From Patescibacteria group bacterium (GTDB lineage: Bacteria > Patescibacteriota > Minisyncoccia > Minisyncoccales > GWA2-38-27), in NCBI GenBank assembly GCA_020148045.1, contig JAHCRG010000017.1, positions 21,229-85,228 of the forward strand: DNA of 64,000 nt, given 5' to 3'. Shown one piece after another: positions 36,159 through 44,941 of this stretch. How positions within the stretch are numbered: the first letter of the stretch is position 1; every line of letters begins with the position of its first letter. The position numbers and the translations under genes are program-made. Below the pieces are notes generated by a model. The model searched no databases, was not told where the DNA came from, and was given only the letters and a program-made list of their open reading frames with translations.

Positions 36159-37427
36159 TTAGCTTCTTTTTTGTTTTGGGGGACTTCCCCCGAAGGGTAT
36201 AACACCTTCTTTAAATGCATGTAGAATCACCAAATCCCTTATTTGTTCTGTAGTCATTCCTTTTCCTTGTACTCCTCCAACAGCAAATGCCGCGATATCA
36301 CTCGAAACCCCTGCTCCTGTGTAGGCTGCTAATCTCCGGCTAATAGCTGTCTGTTCGTGTTTAGCTGCTTCGGCATCCTTCATAGCTAACTCAGGTTTAA
36401 TATAAGCTTTTTCTGTCTCGTCAGGTAGTTTGACCTTAGGTAGCTCGATATCAAGGCATTCTTTCGGAAGACCACATTCAAAAAAGGGATTCCCCTCTTC
36501 CTCTAATAAATACTTCTTCATTTCTTCTTCAATAGTTTCTTTTTCTTCCGTGCATTCCTGAGAATTTTTCTTTGCCATCACATGTCTCGCGGCACCCATT
36601 ATTCCTTTTTCGAAATGCCTACCAAGCTGATCCACTGCTTCCGGGGTTGTTAAATCCTTAATAGGCAAACGACTGTAAAGCTTCATCAATAAATCTCTGC
36701 CGCTTACCCTTTTCCACGTCAACTCCCCTTTTTCGCCAGTTTGGGTGATTTCACGTACAGGGAAGGAATATAATCTATCTACTTTTGGAAATCTAAAATA
36801 TACAGTGATATCCACCTGCAAGGGCTGCTTTTTTAATTTTCCTTCTTCTTTTGAATATAATCCTTCTGTTATTCTATAATTCGCGCAATACTGGCCGGTA
36901 GGAAATTTCTTAAACTTCTCAAAGGGAAAGAAACAGAAGTACAAACCTGGCCCCATAGCATCTATTGGTTTAGCAAACCTCGTTAAGACCGCTTGAGAAG
37001 GAACTTCGATTGTCCCAATTTGGCTTAGGCATTTCTTCAACCAAATTCCTAAACCTAAAAAAACCAATCCTTCTGCTACCACCCAGGAAATTGCTGTTAT
37101 CCAAGAAATTCCTGGGAGAACAACTATAGGTTTTTCTACAGCAATCAATACTCCGATTGCTATCCCGGCCAAAAAAATCTGTTTTAGGTATTTTTTAGGC
37201 CAAATCCATAATCCTAAAAATCCTAAAAAAAGCAAAATCTCTGCTGTCAGCCAAGAAATCCTTAGAGGAAAAATTAGGGGCATCATCCTAGCAATCAATA
37301 CCACTATTACTATGGGCACTGTTATAGCAATCAATGCCGCCATTACTACCCAGACCCGAAAAGACGTCTGCTTCCAAAATTTCTTTTCTACCACATCTTT
37401 CTTTTCCGTCTTTCCTATTTTTTTCAT
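36159..37427 (-). CDS. SPFH/band 7-like membrane protein with expanded N-terminal TM region
   Basis: AVLTRFAKP...GPGLYF.FFPFE after TM helices; C-terminal AxxxAEA coiled segment. Confidence 0.7.
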   Translation of the reverse strand: MKKIGKTEKKDVVEKKFWKQTSFRVWVVMAALIAITVPIVIVVLIARMMPLIFPLRISWLTAEILLFLGFLGLWIWPKKYLKQIFLAGIAIGVLIAVEKPIVVLPGISWITAISWVVAEGLVFLGLGIWLKKCLSQIGTIEVPSQAVLTRFAKPIDAMGPGLYFCFFPFEKFKKFPTGQYCANYRITEGLYSKEEGKLKKQPLQVDITVYFRFPKVDRLYSFPVREITQTGEKGELTWKRVSGRDLLMKLYSRLPIKDLTTPEAVDQLGRHFEKGIMGAARHVMAKKNSQECTEEKETIEEEMKKYLLEEEGNPFFECGLPKECLDIELPKVKLPDETEKAYIKPELAMKDAEAAKHEQTAISRRLAAYTGAGVSSDIAAFAVGGVQGKGMTTEQIRDLVILHAFKEGVIPFGGSPPKQKRS

Positions 37428-37498
37428 TTTTATACCCTTTCAGTTATTTTATTGTTAACTTACTGTTTTACATCAAGAAACCATTTCTTGAATACCTA

Positions 37499-37527
37499 AT
37501 CATATCATATATCCATATTTTTGTCAA
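37499..37527 (-). promoter_or_regulatory. Sigma70-type promoter
   Basis: TTGACA-17 bp-TATGAT with TG extension. Confidence 0.75.
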
Positions 37528-37539
37528 TGTTTTCAAAAG

Positions 37540-37567
37540 AAAAAGGCAGAAGAATTTTCTGCCTTTT
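37540..37567 (-). terminator. Intrinsic terminator
   Basis: AAAAGGCAGAA...TTCTGCCTTTT. Confidence 0.8.
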
Positions 37568-37587
37568 ATCTGGTGATAAATCTCGAA

Positions 37588-37863
37588 TTACGGTTCTCGG
37601 GGTCGGCCATATCTGTCGTATGTTGGATCAATGCCTGCCGTTACCTTCATCCGCCGCCACTTTCGGGCATCCCTTACTGCCCACGCTGCAGGGTCTTCGA
37701 TAGGTATCCTAAATATGGCCACGATTAGAAAGAAAAAAGCAAGAGAGACCACCCAAATAATAGAGAACATAATGAGCCCTGACACCTTTAGCACCTTTGC
37801 AATTTTAATCCACATGTTCCTTGTCTTCTTCATCTTTCTTACCTTCTTCATGTTATTTTTCAC
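37588..37863 (-). CDS. Small single-TM hypothetical protein (start uncertain)
   Basis: Basic N-terminus, one TM; purine-rich SD-like stretch; own promoter and terminator. Confidence 0.6.
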   Translation of the reverse strand: MKNNMKKVRKMKKTRNMWIKIAKVLKVSGLIMFSIIWVVSLAFFFLIVAIFRIPIEDPAAWAVRDARKWRRMKVTAGIDPTYDRYGRPREP

Positions 37864-37943
37864 CTTCCTTTCTTTATTAAATTATTAAAGAAATTCTTCT
37901 CTGAGATTACCCAGAGACCAAGAAACCACTCCCTGATGTTTTA

Positions 37944-37972
37944 ATCATATTATACATTCAAATCTTTGTCAA
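37944..37972 (-). promoter_or_regulatory. Sigma70-type promoter
   Basis: TTGACA-17 bp-TATGAT. Confidence 0.72.
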
Positions 37973-37982
37973 ATTTTTTAAT

Positions 37983-38013
37983 AAAAAAGGTGGTTTTATG
38001 GAACCACCTTTTT
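37983..38013 (-). terminator. Terminator of the dikinase-like operon
   Basis: AAAAAGGTGGTT...AACCACCTTTTT. Confidence 0.8.
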
Positions 38014-38059
38014 ACCAAAACCAGAAAAAATATCAACTTTTTAATCTCTTTTCAAAGAT

Positions 38060-39157
38060 CTACCCATTTTTATTTTTGTATAAATCTTTGAGCCAGTAGA
38101 TTTCAAATTCTGGGCTAGTAATATATTCTTCAAAAGGAGGAAATTGTTCTAATTCAAACCTATCTGCTACCTTTTTATCTTTTATTGCCTCTAACATCTC
38201 TTTGGTTGGACGCCAATCCATATCAGCTAATTTGAAAAAATCTACAAATTGATAACTATACCATTCTAATATTTTTATTTTCCGTTCTTCTTTTGATAAT
38301 TTATCGTAAACTATTGACTGTTCGGTTGCCATCTTAGCGAAATAACCAGACAGTTCTTTTATTTTTTCTATTGAATTTTGGGGGACGTCATCAACGAGAA
38401 CAAAGTAAGCTACGAGATTATTAATAATATCTCCTTGATAAATTGAGTGCATCCCTATCATCTCACATCTAAATTTTACATTTTTGAAAACCTGAAATAT
38501 TTTTACATCTGAATATTTTAATTTTTTGCTTTCTGTCCATATTTCTATTGGTTTAATTTTAGGAAAGTGCTTTATTATTAAAATAGTATTCTCGCCAAAT
38601 TTTTTAGAAGCATCGTAAGGACCATAAATTTCGTGAGAATCTTGAGGAAAGAAATCACCGTAAAGAGAAAAAACAAGCGAAGCTAAACTGTTATAAAGTT
38701 TTCCTAATTCTCTCGCTATCTCCCTATTTCCAGTTTGCCAATCAGTTTTATTTAAAATAGCTTCAATTTCTTCATCGGTATGAGCAATATTGCTCTTATA
38801 GGCAAAAATATCTTTTTTAGCCAAATAAGAAAGAACCTCTACCATATATTCCGCCACTTCTCTAAATTGAACTTTATTTTTAGGTTCTGAGCCTTGATAT
38901 TCCCAAATTAAGAAAGGAAAAGCTATCCGAAAAGTGGAGGGGCAGGAAAAGGTCTTAGCGACTTCCTCAATTTTATATCCTTTCTTTTTAATTTTAATAA
39001 TTGCCTGATGGACTCTAGATATAAAAGCGCCATTTAAAGAAGATATCACAGTATCAGCATTAGCCGGCCCCCAACTGCACGGCACCATATTAGTAAAGGC
39101 AATATGGAATGCTCTGGCAAATTCATCTATCCATTTGGGATATTCCTCTTTAGTCAT
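38060..39157 (-). CDS. Hypothetical protein, last gene of dikinase-like operon
   Basis: 365-aa soluble ORF starting 1 nt after the free His-swivel gene; no family recognised. Confidence 0.8.
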   Translation of the reverse strand: MTKEEYPKWIDEFARAFHIAFTNMVPCSWGPANADTVISSLNGAFISRVHQAIIKIKKKGYKIEEVAKTFSCPSTFRIAFPFLIWEYQGSEPKNKVQFREVAEYMVEVLSYLAKKDIFAYKSNIAHTDEEIEAILNKTDWQTGNREIARELGKLYNSLASLVFSLYGDFFPQDSHEIYGPYDASKKFGENTILIIKHFPKIKPIEIWTESKKLKYSDVKIFQVFKNVKFRCEMIGMHSIYQGDIINNLVAYFVLVDDVPQNSIEKIKELSGYFAKMATEQSIVYDKLSKEERKIKILEWYSYQFVDFFKLADMDWRPTKEMLEAIKDKKVADRFELEQFPPFEEYITSPEFEIYWLKDLYKNKNG

Positions 39158-39158
39158 A

Positions 39159-39497
39159 TTAGATTAAGTAGACTTCACCTCTTGTTCCATCTACTTTTAC
39201 TTTTATACCGTCTTTAAGGTCTTTTGTTGCACTTTTAGTAGCCACTACGCAGGGAATACCAAGCTCACGAGAAACTATTGCTGGATGAGAAGTTAAACCA
39301 CCTTTATCAGTAACAATAGCAGCTGTTTTGTTCATCATTATCACCATTGAGGGCTCAGTCATCTCTGCAACAAGAATATATCCTTCTTTAAAGTCAGATA
39401 TATTTTCAACACCTTTAACAATTCTCACAATCCCTTCAGCTATACCAGCACTCGCTGCTATCCCTTTTAAAATAATTTTTCTTTTGACATATTTCAT
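39159..39497 (-). CDS. Stand-alone PEP-utilising mobile (phospho-His swivel) domain
   Basis: LKGIAASAG, ILVAEMTEP, TDKGGLTSHPAIVSRELGIPCVV, VDGTRGEV. Confidence 0.92.
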   Translation of the reverse strand: MKYVKRKIILKGIAASAGIAEGIVRIVKGVENISDFKEGYILVAEMTEPSMVIMMNKTAAIVTDKGGLTSHPAIVSRELGIPCVVATKSATKDLKDGIKVKVDGTRGEVYLI

Positions 39498-40483
39498 AGA
39501 GTAGTAATTGGCCTACTTTGAGTTATATAGATTTTGTTTTTTTCTATTGCGAATTCGATGTCTTGAGGAGATCTGTAATGCTCTTCTATTTTCCGGCAGA
39601 GTTTGGCTAATTTAATAATCTGCTTGCCAGAAAGTTTTTGTTTGGATTGCTTAGCTTTAGGAACCTTTACTTCTTTTATTCCTAGCCCAGACCTTACAAT
39701 CATCATTTCCTGCTGACTAATATTAGCATCTAAAATTGTCCAATCTTTCTTAGAAATTACATAGGTGTCAGGGGTAATCTTACCGCCAACAATGGCTTCT
39801 CCTAAACCCCAGCCAGCTTCAATAACCATTTGGTTTCTATCTTGGGTTACTGGATGAACAGTAAAGCAAATACCAGAGACATCTGATTGAACCATTTTTT
39901 GAACAACCACTGCTACTCCAACTGGATAACAATCAGCTAATTTTTTGCAGGTTCTTGCTCTGATTTTCTTTTGATGGTCAACAGTAATTATTTCTTTTTC
40001 AAAAGCATAAAACAAAGCCCGGGGAGTAAAAAGTGAAGACCAGCATTTTTTAATGTTTTCCATTAAATTAGACTGACTTGTATTCAAATATGTTTCTAAT
40101 TCTCCTGCCCAAGAAGCTATTGAAGAATCTTCAGCAGTAGCCGAAGACCTAACAGCTACATACTCGGCATCTAATTTCTTAAATTCTTTTAAGAGCACTC
40201 TTTCTAAATCTTGGGGCATTGAAGCATCATGAATTAAATCCCTGATTACTCTTGAAGCTTCATCAACTGATTTAATATCTTCATGATTAATTTTCTTTAT
40301 TTGAGAGGCAATCTCTGTATAAAGATCAGTTTCTTCCAAAAACCTATCAAAAGCATCAACTAGAATAATAAAACCAGGAGGCACTGGAATTTTAGCTTGG
40401 CTCATCTCCCCAAGCGAAGCCCCTTTACCTCCGGCAATAGAGACATCATTTTTAGATATTTCTTTAAAACTTTTTATAAACAT
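39494..40483 (-). CDS. Stand-alone dikinase ATP-grasp (PPDK_N / PEP synthase N-terminal) domain
   Basis: GGKGASLGEM, VPPGF, AVRSSATAED...SWAG, VVVQKMV, GLGEAIVGG..TPD, PQDIEFA, QSRPITTL then stop. Confidence 0.93.
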   Translation of the reverse strand: MFIKSFKEISKNDVSIAGGKGASLGEMSQAKIPVPPGFIILVDAFDRFLEETDLYTEIASQIKKINHEDIKSVDEASRVIRDLIHDASMPQDLERVLLKEFKKLDAEYVAVRSSATAEDSSIASWAGELETYLNTSQSNLMENIKKCWSSLFTPRALFYAFEKEIITVDHQKKIRARTCKKLADCYPVGVAVVVQKMVQSDVSGICFTVHPVTQDRNQMVIEAGWGLGEAIVGGKITPDTYVISKKDWTILDANISQQEMMIVRSGLGIKEVKVPKAKQSKQKLSGKQIIKLAKLCRKIEEHYRSPQDIEFAIEKNKIYITQSRPITTL

Positions 40484-40496
40484 ACTATTTATATTT

Positions 40497-41978
40497 TTAT
40501 TTATTTCTCTTTTTAATTATTTTAACAACTCCCTTATTAGTATCCACCTCCACCAAATCCCCGTCTTTTAGTGCTCTCGTGGCGATTTTGGTGCCAATGA
40601 TACAGGGAATTCCTAATTCTCTTGAGACAATTGCGGCATGGCAGGTAATCCCTCCTTCATTGGTTACAATAGCTGCCGCTTTTTTTATAGCTGGTGCATG
40701 CTCTGGCCTTGTCATTGTAGAAACAAGGATATCGCCTTTTTCAAATTTTGAAATATCTTCTTGTCTTATCACTATTTTTACAGCGCCGGCTGCTTTACCA
40801 GACGAAGCTATTGTGCCTGGGAACTCGCTGATTTCTTCTTTTTCAGAACGAAGTATTTTATTAATAATTTTTTCTATTTCATCTTTATAAAAAACTTTGA
40901 ATTTATCTTTTTGAAAAACGAACAAAGAACCTTGTTTTCTTTTTTTGAGTAAAGAAATGTCAAAATTCCCTTTTATAAAATCTTCAAGCTCTGAATAATC
41001 TAAATAAGCTAAATCATCTTCATTAATTCTTGTTCTTTTAGATAATTCTTTTAAGTATTTTGAGTCAAGATAAGTGGTCATAACCGAATTCTCTTTTCTT
41101 AAATCCTGCCATTTGGCAAAAAGCGGCGAAAGTTCAGCTACGGCAAGTATTTCTTCATTAAACTTATATTTTGAAATATAATCTTTTCTTATTTTTCTAT
41201 TGTCAATCCATATTTTATTCTTTTTTTCTTCTTCCCTTAAATTAGATTTAAGAAGATCTCTTAAGTGTGCTTTTACATCTTCAAAAGTATATTCTTTTGC
41301 ACCAAAAAAGCTTTCTACTTTTATCCAGCAAAACTTATCAAGATGTTCTTGTATTTTATTATAAATATCAGTTTTTTTAATGTCTTCCTCTGTCTTAATT
41401 TCTTTTGCTATTTTAATAAGATCTAATTCAAATTCGTTTAAAAATAAAGGTTCTTCGGGTCTTGTTATTATTTCAACTGCTTTATTAATATCGAACTTTG
41501 GATTTTCTCTCGCAAAATTAGAAAGCAATTCTGGTAGTTTTTTCTCGGTATAAAATATAAAAGGATCCATTAAACTTGAGGTTTTTCTTGCTTTCCACTG
41601 TAATTCAGTATATTTTTTAATATCAGTTACTAGTTCTTCATTATTTACTCCAGAAAGATCTTTTTTCTTAAATTTCTTGAAAGTGTCTTCAATCTCCTTT
41701 TTTATTTTAAGCCAATCTTCAAGTTCATTTTTCCAGTAATTATTATTTTCTTCGTGTTTTTTAAATATTAACTCTCCTATTTCATCCTGGTCTTTAATAA
41801 GAGTAATCCAATCTAACTCTCCTTTTTCGTAATAACAAAGAAGCAAATCATATTCTTTTAATTTCAGCCCACTAGTAAAACCCCTAACAATACCTGATAA
41901 CATTAAAGGTCTTGCAGGAGCATGTTCAACATACCAATCTGTTGGCGAGTATCCTAAAAAGTTTTTTAAATTAATCAT
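40497..41978 (-). CDS. Helical domain + C-terminal phospho-His swivel protein (paralogue 4)
   Basis: C-terminal MTRPE...TNEGGITCHAAIVSRELGIPC; ~380-aa N-terminal region. Confidence 0.88.
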   Translation of the reverse strand: MINLKNFLGYSPTDWYVEHAPARPLMLSGIVRGFTSGLKLKEYDLLLCYYEKGELDWITLIKDQDEIGELIFKKHEENNNYWKNELEDWLKIKKEIEDTFKKFKKKDLSGVNNEELVTDIKKYTELQWKARKTSSLMDPFIFYTEKKLPELLSNFARENPKFDINKAVEIITRPEEPLFLNEFELDLIKIAKEIKTEEDIKKTDIYNKIQEHLDKFCWIKVESFFGAKEYTFEDVKAHLRDLLKSNLREEEKKNKIWIDNRKIRKDYISKYKFNEEILAVAELSPLFAKWQDLRKENSVMTTYLDSKYLKELSKRTRINEDDLAYLDYSELEDFIKGNFDISLLKKRKQGSLFVFQKDKFKVFYKDEIEKIINKILRSEKEEISEFPGTIASSGKAAGAVKIVIRQEDISKFEKGDILVSTMTRPEHAPAIKKAAAIVTNEGGITCHAAIVSRELGIPCIIGTKIATRALKDGDLVEVDTNKGVVKIIKKRNK

Positions 41979-43450
41979 TTAATTATTTTTACAATACCCT
42001 TGTTAGCGTCTACTTCTACTAAATCTCCATTCTTTAGAGCCCTTGTGGCTTTTATGGTGCCAACCACACATGGTTTATGTAATTCCCTAGATACAATAGC
42101 GGCATGAGACAACATCCCACCTTCGTCAGTAATAACTCCTTTAGCCTTTTTCATTATGGGGACGAAATCAGGTCTAGTCGCGCTAGTAACTAATATTTCG
42201 CCTTCTTTGAACTTATCAAAATCATTATTACTTAAAATAATAGATACTTTCCCTTTAGTAGTCCCTTCAGAAACTCCCATGCCTTTCAATTCATTTATCT
42301 CTTTCTCTCCTTTCTTTAAAGTTTTATCTATTATATTTATTGTTTTTTTATCAGTAATTAAGTTTACTTCGCTATCTTTAGTAAGATAAACACTGTTTTT
42401 AATTCTTTTATCTAAATCTACTGCCTTAATTGATATCTTTCCATTTAATAAATTTTCTATCTCTTCCTCATTTAAAAACAAGGTTTGTTCTAATGTTAAA
42501 TTCAACCTTTTGCTTATTTCTTTAAATAAATTTCTAACATAGAAACCTCCTTGATCTCTGGTATATGGTTTAAAATCTTTCAAATAGCTATATGTGGCAA
42601 AGAATTCTAACAAATATAATATGTCTTTCTGGTTTTTGAATTTTTTCGTTATCCTTAAATAATAATTATATCTTTCTTTATATTTTTTCCTAATATTATC
42701 AATCTCTTCTTTAATTTTGCTTTTTGTTAATTTTGTACTTATATCATTCAACTTTTTTTTAAAATAATTTAAATCATACGGTTTATAGCTAATATCATAC
42801 ATTGGCATATAAGAAAACTTGCTACAATGTTTTTTTAAAGCAGACTCTTGTTTTTTCTTATCCATCAAAGCTATTTTTAATAAAGATAATTTTTCCATAT
42901 CAATGGGAATAATTTTCATCGGCTTTGATAACTTAATAAGCAGCTTATCTATCTTATTTGAAGATATTCCTTTGTTTTCCATTAATTTTCTAATTGAAAT
43001 AGTTAAAGATTCTTCAACGCTGTTAAACAATATCCAAAAACCTATACATACAACCTTATCCTGTCTATAATATTTTCTTAAAATATTAATTATCTCCTTA
43101 TCAGAATAATTATAATCGTCAAAGTTCTGCGGTATTGTTTTAACAAAATCTAAATAATTTTTAAACCACTTTTTAATTTTATCAGGTAAGTTCTTTATTG
43201 TTTTTAATATAAAGGTTTTCTTAATAAATTTTTGAGACAAATGTTTTGTTAAACCTTTTGTTTCCTTCTCTACTAAATAATTAAAACAATCTCCATTAAT
43301 GAATCTATATATTTCAAAGCTTTGTTTGTAACCAAAAACTTCTTTAAACCCTTTCCAATATCCGTAATGATATAAACGGACTTTTTGATAAGTCATTCTT
43401 CTGGTATAAGTATATAGCCAATTTTTATTTAAAAAATCCTTGATGTTCAT
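41975..43450 (-). CDS. Helical domain + C-terminal phospho-His swivel protein (paralogue 3)
   Basis: C-terminal ATRPD...TDEGGMLSHAAIVSRELHKPC. Confidence 0.88.
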   Translation of the reverse strand: MNIKDFLNKNWLYTYTRRMTYQKVRLYHYGYWKGFKEVFGYKQSFEIYRFINGDCFNYLVEKETKGLTKHLSQKFIKKTFILKTIKNLPDKIKKWFKNYLDFVKTIPQNFDDYNYSDKEIINILRKYYRQDKVVCIGFWILFNSVEESLTISIRKLMENKGISSNKIDKLLIKLSKPMKIIPIDMEKLSLLKIALMDKKKQESALKKHCSKFSYMPMYDISYKPYDLNYFKKKLNDISTKLTKSKIKEEIDNIRKKYKERYNYYLRITKKFKNQKDILYLLEFFATYSYLKDFKPYTRDQGGFYVRNLFKEISKRLNLTLEQTLFLNEEEIENLLNGKISIKAVDLDKRIKNSVYLTKDSEVNLITDKKTINIIDKTLKKGEKEINELKGMGVSEGTTKGKVSIILSNNDFDKFKEGEILVTSATRPDFVPIMKKAKGVITDEGGMLSHAAIVSRELHKPCVVGTIKATRALKNGDLVEVDANKGIVKIIK

Positions 43451-43456
43451 ATTTGC

Positions 43457-44941
43457 TTAATCAATCTTTTTAATAATTCCTGCGTTTAAATCTAACTGAA
43501 CATAATCTCCATTCTTGAGAACATCGGTGGCGGTTTTGGTGCCGACAATGCAAGGGATGTTTAATTCCCTGGAGACAATTGCTGCGTGGCAAGCCATGCC
43601 TCCCTCATTGGTAATTATGGCCTTTGCTATCCTTATCATAGGAACATAATCAACTCTGGTCATACTAGTTACTAAAATCTCACCCTCATTAAATTTATCT
43701 TTTTTCGGATTAAGCACAATCCTAGTTCTCCCCTTAATTTCTTTAACTCCTCCAGTGCTGGCAACTTGTCCTTTTATTTCTTTTTGTTTTTCAACGCGAG
43801 TACCTATCCCAAACATCTTTTTCCCTTCCCTGCCGTAAAACATCTTTTCTTTTTTATTTTTCTCAAAAACCAGAAATACTCCTTTATTTCTATTGTCAGT
43901 ATCTTTTTTGCTAATTTTTTTATTTTTAGCCAAAAGCTCATCTATTTCATCAACAGTATAAATCGTTAAATCATGATATTTATAACCTTCTTTTTCAGCC
44001 AGATCTCCAAGAAAAGTAAAGAGATAATAAAATATTTTCATCATTGCCACTTTTCTCATATCAATCCATTGAATTGTTAATCTGGCAAATTCAATATCTT
44101 TTTTATCTTCATTAGTCAGCTTCAGGAGCGATAATAAACGCTTCTTTTGCCTGTTAATTTTATTAAAATTCTTATTAAAATCTCTAGACTCCTTTAAAAT
44201 CTTAACTTTCTTATTTGTTTTTATCTCCTTCAAGATATCTTTTAACAAAGATTCCGGGGTAATTTTCTTTCCCTTGTAGAAATTTGTTTTAAACCAAAAA
44301 TAATTTTTAATGTAAGCATCTATTTTTTTCTCAAGGTTTTTTTTCTTCAAAAAACTTACGCAAACATCCAAAAAGTACTTTCTTTCAACAAAAAGAGCTG
44401 ATGGTTTTTCTGGATGAGATAAAATATTAATTACTTCATTTGCCTTTGCCAAACTAAGATTATTTCTCTCAGCAAATTTTGGCACTATTTCTGAACCAAT
44501 TATTCCTCCCTTATCTTCACCAATTGCTGCATAATGAAGCCATTCATAAGATACTTTAACAAGCTCTCGGTAGATTTTTAACAAATCCTTTTTGGGTATT
44601 TTGTCTTTATTTTTTTGGTATCCCCCCCAGATCTTATCAGCCTGTCTTTCTAAATCTCTATGTCTTTTCATCTTGCTAATCATGGTCTTTCGATTTTTTA
44701 AAAAATCGAAATAAATCTTTCTTGCTACTTCGTTTATATTTTTCTGAGGAATAAATTGATAAAATATGCTGGTAGGTTTGTATGAAACATAACAAAAACT
44801 AGGACTAAAATTTTTTCCATGGACAATTTGGGAATTAACGTAAGAAGTATACGCTAAATCCAGAATGAAAATAGACGCAATAGCGCTCTGAATATTCAAC
44901 TCCTTTTCCTTTAAATATTTTATTATCTCCTTTTTAGTCAT
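43457..44941 (-). CDS. Helical domain + C-terminal phospho-His swivel protein (paralogue 2)
   Basis: C-terminal MTRVD...TNEGGMACHAAIVSRELNIPC. Confidence 0.88.
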   Translation of the reverse strand: MTKKEIIKYLKEKELNIQSAIASIFILDLAYTSYVNSQIVHGKNFSPSFCYVSYKPTSIFYQFIPQKNINEVARKIYFDFLKNRKTMISKMKRHRDLERQADKIWGGYQKNKDKIPKKDLLKIYRELVKVSYEWLHYAAIGEDKGGIIGSEIVPKFAERNNLSLAKANEVINILSHPEKPSALFVERKYFLDVCVSFLKKKNLEKKIDAYIKNYFWFKTNFYKGKKITPESLLKDILKEIKTNKKVKILKESRDFNKNFNKINRQKKRLLSLLKLTNEDKKDIEFARLTIQWIDMRKVAMMKIFYYLFTFLGDLAEKEGYKYHDLTIYTVDEIDELLAKNKKISKKDTDNRNKGVFLVFEKNKKEKMFYGREGKKMFGIGTRVEKQKEIKGQVASTGGVKEIKGRTRIVLNPKKDKFNEGEILVTSMTRVDYVPMIRIAKAIITNEGGMACHAAIVSRELNIPCIVGTKTATDVLKNGDYVQLDLNAGIIKKID

